Source of the DNA: Elusimicrobiota bacterium
GTDB taxonomy: Bacteria; Elusimicrobiota; Endomicrobiia; CG1-02-37-114; JAHJSO01
Length of the DNA stretch: 29,478 bases
Direction: 5' to 3'
Assembly (NCBI GenBank): GCA_043826435.1
Contig: JBDRQF010000035.1
Location: forward strand, 1 to 29,478
Below the pieces are notes generated by a model. The model was not told where the DNA came from. It made no database searches and saw only the letters and a list, made by a program, of their open reading frames with translations. The translations under genes were made by a program, and so were the position numbers. Below are positions 16,095 through 24,660 of this stretch, one piece after another. Numbering within the stretch: position 1 is the first letter of the stretch; each line of letters begins with the position of its first letter.

Positions 16095-18029
16095 TCACAA
16101 GCCGAATTTCAAACGAGCGCCTGCCGTATAAGTCCTGCCCGGGAGAGGATAGCCCCTCCGGCTGATATACCTTTCGTCGGCTACGTTTTCAACGGAAATA
16201 AAATATTCAATCGGCCATGCAAGAGCCAGCGTTCCCTGTGCAAAGCGCAGGTTTGTAACGATATATGCAGGGAGTTCCGTGCCTTTTTTGTCATCCAAAG
16301 AATATTGTGCGTCGGTATATGTCATTGAACAGGAGAGGGACGTGCCCGCGGGAAATTTGTATGTAACCCTGTAAGAGGCGGTGTTCCTCGGGCTGTATGC
16401 GGGGATTTGAAGGCCTTTCTGCTCCCCGCCCTTTTTCTTTATACGGTTGTCCGAGTATGACCATGCCATTGAGTGCACCAGTTTGTTTTTATAGGTGAAC
16501 GAGAACTCCGTTTCAACGCCCTGCAATGTCGCCTCGTCAACGTTTGACGGTGTCCATGGCGAGAATGGGTCGGTTGCGTTCACAGGGTACCACCTTATCT
16601 GGTCTGAAACCTGCGTTGTGAAAAGGTTTACCTTGATTATTCTTTCGTCGTCCGCAAACTTTACGCCCAGGTCATAGCCCGTGCCCGTCTCCGGTTTTAG
16701 TTTAGAGTTGCCATATACCCAGCCGGAATTTGGCCAGTAGAGTTCGTTAAAAGTCGGCGCCCTGAAAGAACGTGATGCGTCAAAGGAAAAGATGATATTG
16801 CTTCCGGCAGAAAGGACCGCGGAAAGCATCGGGAGGAATTGTTTTCCGAACATACTGTGCGAATCAAACCTGGCAGCCGGGACAATTTTCAAAGAAGGTG
16901 ACAGCGATACCGGCTGTCTTGCATACAATGCCCAGTCCTGCGCCTCTTTTTTTGTGGATGTTGTCCCGTCTATGCTTGCTATGCTCACCGACTTCTGGAA
17001 AGAATCATAATAATCATTTTGCAACGTTACCCCTAACACAAGGTTCTCGGGCATGTTCAGTTGAACGTCGCATCCGAGGTTCTTGTTGTCCATCCTTGTC
17101 GTTTCAGAACTTAAAAAGGACGACGGGTTTACGTCCGGTTGGTTGTAATAGTGGTTGTTAAGCGACCCGAAGAGTTTTGCGTTAATGCCGAACTCAGGGC
17201 TGACGTTGTTGTCGTAAGACATGCTGAATACATGCTGGGTGTTCTGCTGGACTGCATTCGTCGTCTGGGCTATAAGTTCCTGGTAATTGTTGTATTTGTC
17301 AATGGTTGTATAGTTCGGACCCGGGACGCCGATGTTACCCTTAAAGTACTGTTCTGTCATTGATATTTTACCTGCAGTGCCTAAATCATAACCCACTGAC
17401 AGTGAAATATTGTCGCTTTCAAAGGCAGTGTTTTTTCTGAACCCGGATGTTTTTTGTTTTCCCGCTGATGAAGACACCTCAAATCCTTTTTGTTTCGTTT
17501 CAAATTGCAGTCCGTATATCTGTGTGCCAAATGTGCCATAGTTTACAGACACCCCTATTGACGGGAATAGTAACTGCGGTTTTTTTGTGATAATGTTTAT
17601 TACGCCACTAACTGCATTCGCTCCATATAACACGCTACTTGCTCCCCGAACAACCTCTATTCTTTCTATATTGTCCGCCGGCAGAAAAGTAAGATTAGGC
17701 GAGCCGAAAGAGACGCCGTTTATCGGTTGACCATTCATTAACACCAGAACCTGTTCTGATGTGGAGTTTCGGATTCTTACAGATGTCTGTGAACCCAGTG
17801 TTCCGTATTCGGCTATGTTAATACTTGTTAAGTTCTCAATTGCTTCAGACACATTGCGTGCACCTGATTTTTCTATTTCTTTTGAGGTGATTACTGACAT
17901 GTTTGCGGGCAGTTCAGCCATTGGTTGTGGTTTGCGGGTGAGGGTGATGAACGCGTCTTTTTCTTCTCCCCGGACATTTAATGCCAAGGTTGTAACAAAA
18001 ATCAAAACCACCAGAAATTTTTTTGACAT
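16095..18029 (-). CDS. TonB-dependent outer membrane receptor, BtuB-like (cobalamin/cobinamide)
   Basis: Signal peptide; plug motifs VLVLMNGQP, NIERIEVVRGASSVLYGANAVSGVINIITK; SFRAPTFNELY, LKPE, ENVADERY, GRTY; last gene of riboswitch-controlled B12 operon. Confidence 0.88.
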   Translation of the reverse strand: MSKKFLVVLIFVTTLALNVRGEEKDAFITLTRKPQPMAELPANMSVITSKEIEKSGARNVSEAIENLTSINIAEYGTLGSQTSVRIRNSTSEQVLVLMNGQPINGVSFGSPNLTFLPADNIERIEVVRGASSVLYGANAVSGVINIITKKPQLLFPSIGVSVNYGTFGTQIYGLQFETKQKGFEVSSSAGKQKTSGFRKNTAFESDNISLSVGYDLGTAGKISMTEQYFKGNIGVPGPNYTTIDKYNNYQELIAQTTNAVQQNTQHVFSMSYDNNVSPEFGINAKLFGSLNNHYYNQPDVNPSSFLSSETTRMDNKNLGCDVQLNMPENLVLGVTLQNDYYDSFQKSVSIASIDGTTSTKKEAQDWALYARQPVSLSPSLKIVPAARFDSHSMFGKQFLPMLSAVLSAGSNIIFSFDASRSFRAPTFNELYWPNSGWVYGNSKLKPETGTGYDLGVKFADDERIIKVNLFTTQVSDQIRWYPVNATDPFSPWTPSNVDEATLQGVETEFSFTYKNKLVHSMAWSYSDNRIKKKGGEQKGLQIPAYSPRNTASYRVTYKFPAGTSLSCSMTYTDAQYSLDDKKGTELPAYIVTNLRFAQGTLALAWPIEYFISVENVADERYISRRGYPLPGRTYTAGARLKFGL

Positions 18030-18052
18030 TTTAGTTATTCTCCTTTTTTTAA

Positions 18053-18823
18053 TTATGTAACCAGAAAAATGTGCGGCCTGGTTGTGACGGGGTTTTCCCC
18101 GGTGACGACCCTTGTTTTATACACATCCTCAATCGTTTCGTAAGTGAGCACCTCAACTGGTGAGCCGGACTTATGCAGGCGGCCGTTATTGAGCAGGACA
18201 AGGCGGTCACAATACTCTCCCGCCAGATTGAGGTCGTGTAAGACAACAATCACCGTAAGCCCCATTTCTTTATTTAATTTTCTTATGAGGGATAATATTC
18301 CCACCTGATGGGTTATATCCAGGTGTGCTGTGGGTTCATCCAGTAAAAGTAATTCCGGTTCCTGTGCCAGGGCACGGGCGATGAATGCAAGTTGTTTTTC
18401 CCCGCTGCTTATCTCATCCATTAACTGGTTACTGAGTTTAATTATGCCCGTTACGGTTAAGCAGTCCCTTGCGATTTCCATGTCCCTTTTTGATTCAAGG
18501 AACTGAAAACGCCTGTAGTGGGGGAGGCGCCCGAGGAGGACGAAATCCTCAACGGTTATGAAACGGACATCAGTCCCCTGTGAGACCACCGCTATTTTTT
18601 TAGATATTTCCCTGTATGACATTTTTTTGACATTTGTCCCGTCAAGTAAAATCTCCCCCTGCCGGACGTCCAGTATGCGGGTGACAGCCCTTAAAAGGGT
18701 CGTCTTGCCGGAACCGTTCGGCCCAATTATACCGACGAACTCTCCGCTATTCACTTTCAGGTTTATGTCCCTGAGAAAAAATTTTGAATCATACCCGCAG
18801 GCCAGTCCTTTTATTTCAAGCAT
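18053..18823 (-). CDS. Cobalamin/Fe-siderophore ABC transporter ATPase (BtuD-like); true start ATG 18823
   Basis: GPNGSGKTT, ISSGEKQ, LLLDEPTAHLD, VLHDLNLA; ATG overlaps permease stop (TAATG). Confidence 0.92.
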   Translation of the reverse strand: MLEIKGLACGYDSKFFLRDINLKVNSGEFVGIIGPNGSGKTTLLRAVTRILDVRQGEILLDGTNVKKMSYREISKKIAVVSQGTDVRFITVEDFVLLGRLPHYRRFQFLESKRDMEIARDCLTVTGIIKLSNQLMDEISSGEKQLAFIARALAQEPELLLLDEPTAHLDITHQVGILSLIRKLNKEMGLTVIVVLHDLNLAGEYCDRLVLLNNGRLHKSGSPVEVLTYETIEDVYKTRVVTGENPVTTRPHIFLVT

Positions 18824-19836
18824 TATCCGCCTCTTATGCTCCCGGATTTTCGCATCATTGCATAAATAAATACAACACCGCCCAGTATCCCGGTCAGGAC
18901 GCCGACGGGCAGTTCCATCGGGGATATGACTATCCTTGCGAGCGTATCGCACAGGATAAGAAAGATTGCCCCGGCTATGAATGAGGATACAAGAAGTATT
19001 CTGTGGTCTCCACCAACAAACATTCTGACAAAATGCGGGACAACCAGACCGACAAACCCGATGACGCCTGCAACCGAAACGCTCATTCCCGTAAGAACTG
19101 ACGCAAGCCCGAAAAGCAGGCGTTTTGTCCTTTCGGTGTTCACCCCCAGATGCCTGGATTCCTCCTCGCCGAGGGCAAAGGCGTTCAGGTCCAGACAGAA
19201 AAGATAGGAGACAGCCAGCCCTGCAACGGATACAAGGACTGCAAGTTTTATGAGTTCGCGGCTCGGTTCCTCCAGCGAGCCCATTATCCAGAAGATAATC
19301 CCGTGAAGATTTTCAGTGCGGGTTACGGACAGGGTGAGCATAATGAGGGATGAAGATATAAAACTTATCATCACGCCCATTAAAAGGAGCGTGTGGATTT
19401 TCAGTATGCCGCTCCTTATACTTAGAAAATAGACGAATATAATTGATGCAGCCGCGCCGGCAAAGCCGGACAGCGGCAGCGACAGGACGGAGACATTGTT
19501 TAGACCCGTTATGACGTTCAGGCACACGCCCAAAGCCGCCCCGCCTGAAATACCCAGTGTGTATGGCTCAACCAGAGGGTTGCGGAACATCCCCTGCAGG
19601 ATAACTCCCGCCAGGCCCAGTGCGCCGCCGATTGCAAAACCCAGAAGGACCCTTGGCAGGCGAATTTCAAACAGGATGGCATGTTCCGTGGTGCCTGCGC
19701 CTTCGGAGATTGTACGGAAAACTTCGGCAGGGGAAATGCCAGCAGGTCCGGTGAAAAAGGAAAAGACGCCTGCCAGTAAAAGGAGTATGACAAAAAGGGA
19801 TAACCAGAGCCCCCAAGTCCTGATTTTTTTATTCAT
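18823..19836 (-). CDS. Cobalamin ABC transporter permease (BtuC/FecCD family); start ATG 19836
   Basis: IRLPR, LQGMFRNPLVEPYTLGISGGA, FWIMGSL, LGEEESRHLGV, IGFVGLVVPH, ELPVG. Confidence 0.93.
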   Translation of the reverse strand: MNKKIRTWGLWLSLFVILLLLAGVFSFFTGPAGISPAEVFRTISEGAGTTEHAILFEIRLPRVLLGFAIGGALGLAGVILQGMFRNPLVEPYTLGISGGAALGVCLNVITGLNNVSVLSLPLSGFAGAAASIIFVYFLSIRSGILKIHTLLLMGVMISFISSSLIMLTLSVTRTENLHGIIFWIMGSLEEPSRELIKLAVLVSVAGLAVSYLFCLDLNAFALGEEESRHLGVNTERTKRLLFGLASVLTGMSVSVAGVIGFVGLVVPHFVRMFVGGDHRILLVSSFIAGAIFLILCDTLARIVISPMELPVGVLTGILGGVVFIYAMMRKSGSIRGG

Positions 19837-20662
19837 GCCCGTGATGAAACAGTCCCGCAATTTCTCTTAATGTGGATACAAAGGTGACCGGCGTCGGGCT
19901 ACAGAGATTGTACGCATCAACTACGTGTATCCTGCCGGTTTTTGCCGCATTGAGAGTCCCGTATTTCCGCCATATCTCTTTTTCCTCTTCGCCGACGATG
20001 CCCATAGTCGCAATGATTATTACGTCCGGGTTCTGTTTTAACGCCTCTTCCCTGCTATACATTCCTGTCTTTGCATCCCGGGCGACGTTTATCCCGCCGG
20101 CGGTTTCAATAAAATCGTTTATGAAAGAGTCCTTGTTGGCGGTAAAGAGCGGTTTTGCCCCTATCTGCACGAACACCCTCGGCCGCGGCAGTCCTTTTAA
20201 TTTATTCCTGATTGAGTTAACCTCCCGCCTGAGCGATGCAATGAGTTTTCTTGTCCTGTCCTCTTTGCCCAGGTGTTTTCCCAGCATCAGGAAATTTGAA
20301 CATATCCCCGAGAAATCCTTTGCCGGCGATATCCTTATCACCTTAACGCCGAGTTTATTTAATTTATCAATCTGTTTCGGGTCGGTGAGAGGTGTGGCAA
20401 TCACAAGGTCGGGCCTGAGATGGACAATCTTTTCTATGTTTATTTTTGTCACCGTGCCTATTTTGTCCTTTTTCTCCGCTCCGGCCGGCCTGATACAGTA
20501 TATGGTATTGGCTATGAGTTTATCCCCTGCCCCTAAATGGTAAACTTGTTCAGTTACGGTCGGCCCGAGAGATATTATCCTGTCGTATGATGAACACATG
20601 CCGGGCGTTCCGGTAGCCGTAACCAACAGGAGCACAAACAATAAATTTTTGTTTCTCTTCAT
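19829..20662 (-). CDS. Cobalamin ABC transporter substrate-binding protein (BtuF-like)
   Basis: RIISLGPTVTE, NIEKIVHLRPDLVI, AGGINV, SREEALKQNPDVII; signal peptide. Confidence 0.9.
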   Translation of the reverse strand: MKRNKNLLFVLLLVTATGTPGMCSSYDRIISLGPTVTEQVYHLGAGDKLIANTIYCIRPAGAEKKDKIGTVTKINIEKIVHLRPDLVIATPLTDPKQIDKLNKLGVKVIRISPAKDFSGICSNFLMLGKHLGKEDRTRKLIASLRREVNSIRNKLKGLPRPRVFVQIGAKPLFTANKDSFINDFIETAGGINVARDAKTGMYSREEALKQNPDVIIIATMGIVGEEEKEIWRKYGTLNAAKTGRIHVVDAYNLCSPTPVTFVSTLREIAGLFHHGHE

Positions 20663-21411
20663 AGAACCTTCCAGGCGGCAGTTCCTGCAATAACTGCAAG
20701 CGAAATGATTTCCGAGATTTCATTCACCGAGCCGAGCGTGTCGCCTGTCATCCCGCCGAACCTTCTGTTTAAAAATATTGTCCACAGGGAAACAATTAGG
20801 ACTGAAGACGCGAAAAGCAGTACCACTGCCGTCCATGGAATAAAAACCGCAGTTATCAAAATAGAGAACGCCGTTGCAAGGGCGAAATTCCACGCACCTG
20901 CGTTTGATATGAAGGAATACCCCAGCCCGGCGTTTTTAGCCGGTTTTGAGACCAGCATTGAAAGGACCATTGACCATCTGGATACAACCGGAAAAACGCA
21001 CAGGGCAAAAGGAAGAAGTCCCGCGGGGATACAGGTAATCAATGTGTATTTCAGCAGGATGTCCATAACGATGGCGATTATCCCCCCTGCGCCCGCATGG
21101 CTGTCTTCAAGGACATGCAGGATGTCTGTCTTTTCAGTTTTTGTTGACATAAGACCGTCAAAGGTGTCCGATAGACCGTCCAGGTGGAGACCGCCTGTCA
21201 GGATTATGTATCCCAGCAATACCCCGCCGGCAGTGATTCCCGGCTTGCCGGGGAATACATAATTCAGAACGAGGTGAGTGATTAGCATAACGCCCCCTGA
21301 CAGCAGTCCTGCGAAAGGGAAACATGATAGTGTCCACGACGTTACGCCCCATCCCCTTTTTTGCGGGATGATTGTTAAAAAGGCAATGGCTGAAAGAATA
21401 CCCTGAAACAT
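20659..21411 (-). CDS. cobS: Adenosylcobinamide-GDP ribazoletransferase (cobalamin synthase)
   Basis: AIAFLTIIP, TGGLHLDGLSDTFDG, DSHAGAGG, GLG, GGMTGDTLG; multiple TM segments. Confidence 0.93.
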   Translation of the reverse strand: MFQGILSAIAFLTIIPQKRGWGVTSWTLSCFPFAGLLSGGVMLITHLVLNYVFPGKPGITAGGVLLGYIILTGGLHLDGLSDTFDGLMSTKTEKTDILHVLEDSHAGAGGIIAIVMDILLKYTLITCIPAGLLPFALCVFPVVSRWSMVLSMLVSKPAKNAGLGYSFISNAGAWNFALATAFSILITAVFIPWTAVVLLFASSVLIVSLWTIFLNRRFGGMTGDTLGSVNEISEIISLAVIAGTAAWKVL

Positions 21412-21425
21412 AATTTTGACTCGTC

Positions 21426-22526
21426 TTATTCTGATTTTGAAACGCCCGCCGACTCAAATGTCGCCATCTCCGTCAGTATCCGGATGGATGCATCAACTAT
21501 GTGCATCGCAAGGGCTGCTCCCGTCCCTTCGCCAAGTCGCATATCTAAATCCAGTAAAGGGGATTTTCCAAGCCATATAAGCTGGACACGGTGTCCCGGC
21601 TCATAAGAACAGTGTCCAGCTATCAGGTAATCCTTTACCTCGGGCTTTATTTTCGCGGCTATAAGCGCCGCAGCCCCTGATATAAATCCGTCTATGACCA
21701 CCGGGATTTTGCAGGATGCCGATGCAAGTATAACCCCTACAAGCCCGCCGATTTCAAGCCCGCCGATTTTTGAAAGGACGTCCAGCCCGTCTGAAGGGTC
21801 AGGCCTGTTTATTTCAATCGCCTTTTCTATTATTTCAACCTTTCTTTTGAAAGTTGAATGGTCTATGCCCGTCCCCCGGCCCGTAACGCTCTCCACGGGG
21901 TTTCCTGTTATCACCGCGGTGATGGCGCTGGCCGGCGTTGTATTCCCTATGCCCATTTCCCCTGTGCCTATCAGGTCAACCGTGCCTTCCCGCAGTTCTT
22001 CTTCAACCAGGTCAATCCCCGCTTCAATTGAGGCGACCGCCTCATCCATTGTCATTGCAGGCCCGCGGGTAAAGTTTTTTGTGCCGGCAGATACCTTTTT
22101 GATTTTGAGGCAGGCGGACTGGTGTGTTTTTGAATCGCACGGTTTAACCGGCCCAATCTTTTCGGTAACACCGATGTCCGCAACTACTATCCTTATGTTC
22201 CCCTGCCGCGCAAGGACGTTTATCCCCGCCCCGCCTCGGACAAAGTTATAGACCATCTGGGCGGTGACCTCTTTCGGGTAGGCGCTTACTCCTTCCTCCG
22301 TAACCCCGTGGTCTCCTGCAAGGGTAAATATCACTTTCTTTTCCGTTGACGGATTTTTTTTGCCTGTGATTGACACGACCTGCTTCGCTATTTCTTCAAG
22401 CCGGCCCAACGAGTTAAGGGGTTTCGTGAGATTGTTAAGCCGTTTCAGGGTTTCTTCCGAAAGAGAAAAATCCGTGCTGCCGATTTTGTCCATGATTCTT
22501 TTAATTTTTTCACTGGTGTATTTCAT
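21426..22526 (-). CDS. cobT: Nicotinate-nucleotide--dimethylbenzimidazole phosphoribosyltransferase
   Basis: LTKPLNSLGRLE, AGDHGV, GEMGIGNTT, GRGTG, IDGFI, MRLGEGTGA, EMATFESAGV. Confidence 0.95.
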   Translation of the reverse strand: MKYTSEKIKRIMDKIGSTDFSLSEETLKRLNNLTKPLNSLGRLEEIAKQVVSITGKKNPSTEKKVIFTLAGDHGVTEEGVSAYPKEVTAQMVYNFVRGGAGINVLARQGNIRIVVADIGVTEKIGPVKPCDSKTHQSACLKIKKVSAGTKNFTRGPAMTMDEAVASIEAGIDLVEEELREGTVDLIGTGEMGIGNTTPASAITAVITGNPVESVTGRGTGIDHSTFKRKVEIIEKAIEINRPDPSDGLDVLSKIGGLEIGGLVGVILASASCKIPVVIDGFISGAAALIAAKIKPEVKDYLIAGHCSYEPGHRVQLIWLGKSPLLDLDMRLGEGTGAALAMHIVDASIRILTEMATFESAGVSKSE

Positions 22527-22556
22527 TAGCGCCTCCTCATTTCATATCCCATTGCT

Positions 22557-23102
22557 TCATTTTATCCTTAACGCTTTTCCCGAGACGCACAGGAAGAACT
22601 TTCCTGACGCCCCTGCTATTTCTGCATTCACCCTGCCAAGGACGTCCTGGAAAACCCTGCCGCTCTTGTAAGGGGAAACAAGGCACATCCCGGTCTCGTT
22701 GGAAATGATAACCGCGGAAATTTTATTTTTTCGGATGAAACTGCAAACCTGTCTTATTTCACCCGGTATCTTTTCCGGAGGGTATTTTTTTTCTAACATA
22801 TTTGCGACCCAGAAATTTATGCAGTCAATCAGTACCACCGGGTTTTTCCATTTTTTTATTACCGACTCCATTGAACGTTTGAGCATAACGGGTTCTTCAA
22901 TTGTGACCCACTCGTTTTTTCTTTGCTTCCTGTGCAGTTCAATCCTTTTTTTGAATTCCCCGTCCGTTGCGACGCCGGTAGCCAGATAAACGAGGGCGGT
23001 GTTTTTCCCCCGCTTACCTTTGTAAATGCCTTTTGCGATTCGCATCCCGAGAGATGTTTTACCGCTCTTTATCCCGCCTGTAATGAACGTAATTTTTCCC
23101 AT
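22557..23102 (-). CDS. cobU: Bifunctional adenosylcobinamide kinase / adenosylcobinamide-phosphate guanylyltransferase (CobU/CobP)
   Basis: GGIKSGKT, YLATG, RIELHRKQR (guanylylated His), TIEEP, LIDC, SNETG, GRVN. Confidence 0.92.
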   Translation of the reverse strand: MGKITFITGGIKSGKTSLGMRIAKGIYKGKRGKNTALVYLATGVATDGEFKKRIELHRKQRKNEWVTIEEPVMLKRSMESVIKKWKNPVVLIDCINFWVANMLEKKYPPEKIPGEIRQVCSFIRKNKISAVIISNETGMCLVSPYKSGRVFQDVLGRVNAEIAGASGKFFLCVSGKALRIK

Positions 23103-23106
23103 GTAG

Positions 23107-23144
23107 AAACAAAAAATCCGACCTTCACGAGTGTTGGTCGGATT
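23107..23144 (-). terminator. Riboswitch expression-platform terminator
   Basis: AATCCGACC-(12 nt)-GGTCGGATT followed by TTTTGTTT, 4 nt before cobU ATG. Confidence 0.85.
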
Positions 23145-23160
23145 ATGTTTAAAAATATTT

Positions 23161-23400
23161 CCTTTCCTGCGAAGGTAGTTACCTGATATAAATGGTGGAC
23201 CGGACTCTTGCGTCGCTACAATGGGACAACCACTTCATTTGGTAAAATCACTTCACTGTAACAACAATGCAATATTCAACCCTGGCAGTATGAGAACACG
23301 CGGGTAAACGTTGCACTGAGCAGCGACACAAATTACCGTTGCGGGACAGTGTTCTGGATTGCCACTTAACGTGACGCACAGAAACTTCCTCCACTTATAC
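23161..23400 (-). ncRNA. Cobalamin riboswitch (atypical variant)
   Basis: GGAGGAAG, CTGTG...AATCCAG, ACTGTCCCGCAACGGTAA core, AGAGTCCGG B12-box-like segment, closing helix TATAAGTGGA/TCCACCATTTATA, P13 hairpin CCTT-CGCAGGA-AAGG; directly upstream of cobU-cobT-cobS-btu genes. Confidence 0.88.
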
Positions 23401-23450
23401 GGTTCAAACCGGACAACCAAAAAACAGTTGTTTTCAAAAGAACTATTATG

Positions 23451-23479
23451 ATTATAGCATAAAAATAAATTCTTGTCAA
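23451..23479 (-). promoter_or_regulatory. Consensus sigma70 promoter of B12 operon
   Basis: TTGACA (23479-23474), 17 nt spacer, TATAAT (23456-23451) with extended -10 TGc. Confidence 0.88.
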
Positions 23480-23487
23480 CCCCCCCC

Positions 23488-23516
23488 TTGACATTTTTTA
23501 CAAAAAATTGTAGAAT
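23488..23516 (+). promoter_or_regulatory. Divergent sigma70 promoter of flavoprotein gene
   Basis: TTGACA (23488-23493), 17 nt spacer, TAGAAT (23511-23516). Confidence 0.82.
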
Positions 23517-23535
23517 TATATGAGTTTACTAAACT

Positions 23536-24642
23536 ATGAGATTACCAAACTTAAACATCGGCGATTTAAAAATTAAATATCCTATTGTCCAGGGGGCTAT
23601 GGGCATAAGGGTTTCAAGGAGCGGTCTTGCCGCAGCCGTTGCAAGAGAGGGCGGCGTAGGGACTATTGCAGCCGTATGCCTTGGGCCCATTGAAAACGCC
23701 CCGAGGTCAGAATACGCACGGTTAAACAAGGAAGCCCTGATGGATGAAGTCAGGAAGGCGAAAGAGATGTCCGGCGGCGGAGTAATAGCCGTGAACATAC
23801 TCGTCGCCCTTACGGACTTTGAGGAACTTGCCAGGGGCGCTGCCGAAGCCGGCGCTGATATGATCGTATCCGGCGCAGGTCTGCCCTTAATGCTTCCGGA
23901 ATACACCAAGGGATACAACGTAAAGCATGTCCCGATTGTGTCTTCCGGGCGGGCTGCAAGGATAATGTGCGAAAAATGGTTAAGGAGATATTCAATACTG
24001 CCCGATGCATTTGTCGTTGAAGGCAACCTTGCAGGTGGTCACCTGGGGTTCACTTTTGAACAACTCCAGAAACTTGAGGAAGAGCCGCTTGAAAAAATAG
24101 TGGTTGAAGTGGTATCTGTTGCCGAAGAATACGGGAAAAAACACAACAAGCATATTCCCGTTATCGGAGCAGGAGGCGTTTTTACCGGGGAAGATGTAGG
24201 CAAAATGATTGAATTAGGCGCCGGCGGCGTGCAGATGGCGACAAGGTTTGTGTGTACGGAGGAGTGTGATGTGTCGCCGGAATTCAAGCAGGCATACCTG
24301 GATTGCAGGGAAGAGGACATAACCATAATACGCAGCCCGTTGCAGTTGCCGGGGCGCGTTATCAGGAATGATTTTGTGAAAAATGTCATAGAGCCAAATG
24401 AAAAAGTAAGGTTCAGTTGCACCTACCATTGTATCAGAACATGCATCCCGATGGAAGTGCCTTATTGCATTGCAAAGGTTCTCATAAACGCAGCTGCAGG
24501 AAACCTTGACGAGGGTTTTGTATTCGTCGGTCAGAACGCATACAAGTGTGATAAAATAGTGACGGTAAAAGAGTTGATGGAAGAACTTGTGCGGGGAGCG
24601 GACGCATACCTTGAAAGCAAGAAGTGGCAGCCTGCCCGGTAG
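23536..24642 (+). CDS. Nitronate monooxygenase/FabK-family FMN protein with C-terminal Cys cluster (FabX-like)
   Basis: YPIVQGAMG, SGAGLP, VPIVSS, VVEGNLAGGHLG, VIGAGG, GVQMATRF, CTYHCIRTC...PYCIA. Confidence 0.85.
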   Translation: MRLPNLNIGDLKIKYPIVQGAMGIRVSRSGLAAAVAREGGVGTIAAVCLGPIENAPRSEYARLNKEALMDEVRKAKEMSGGGVIAVNILVALTDFEELARGAAEAGADMIVSGAGLPLMLPEYTKGYNVKHVPIVSSGRAARIMCEKWLRRYSILPDAFVVEGNLAGGHLGFTFEQLQKLEEEPLEKIVVEVVSVAEEYGKKHNKHIPVIGAGGVFTGEDVGKMIELGAGGVQMATRFVCTEECDVSPEFKQAYLDCREEDITIIRSPLQLPGRVIRNDFVKNVIEPNEKVRFSCTYHCIRTCIPMEVPYCIAKVLINAAAGNLDEGFVFVGQNAYKCDKIVTVKELMEELVRGADAYLESKKWQPAR

Positions 24643-24660
24643 GCAGAAGGACAGATAAAA

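Noticed and set aside
18824..18952. N-terminal extension of the ABC ATPase in the ORF track
   Set aside because: Overlaps the permease; ATG 18823 is coupled to the permease stop and begins the typical MLEIKGL.
24632..24646. CTGCC-CGGTA-GGCAG hairpin between convergent flavoprotein and PorV genes as a bidirectional terminator
   Set aside because: Only 5 bp and no adjacent U-tract on either strand; insufficient support.
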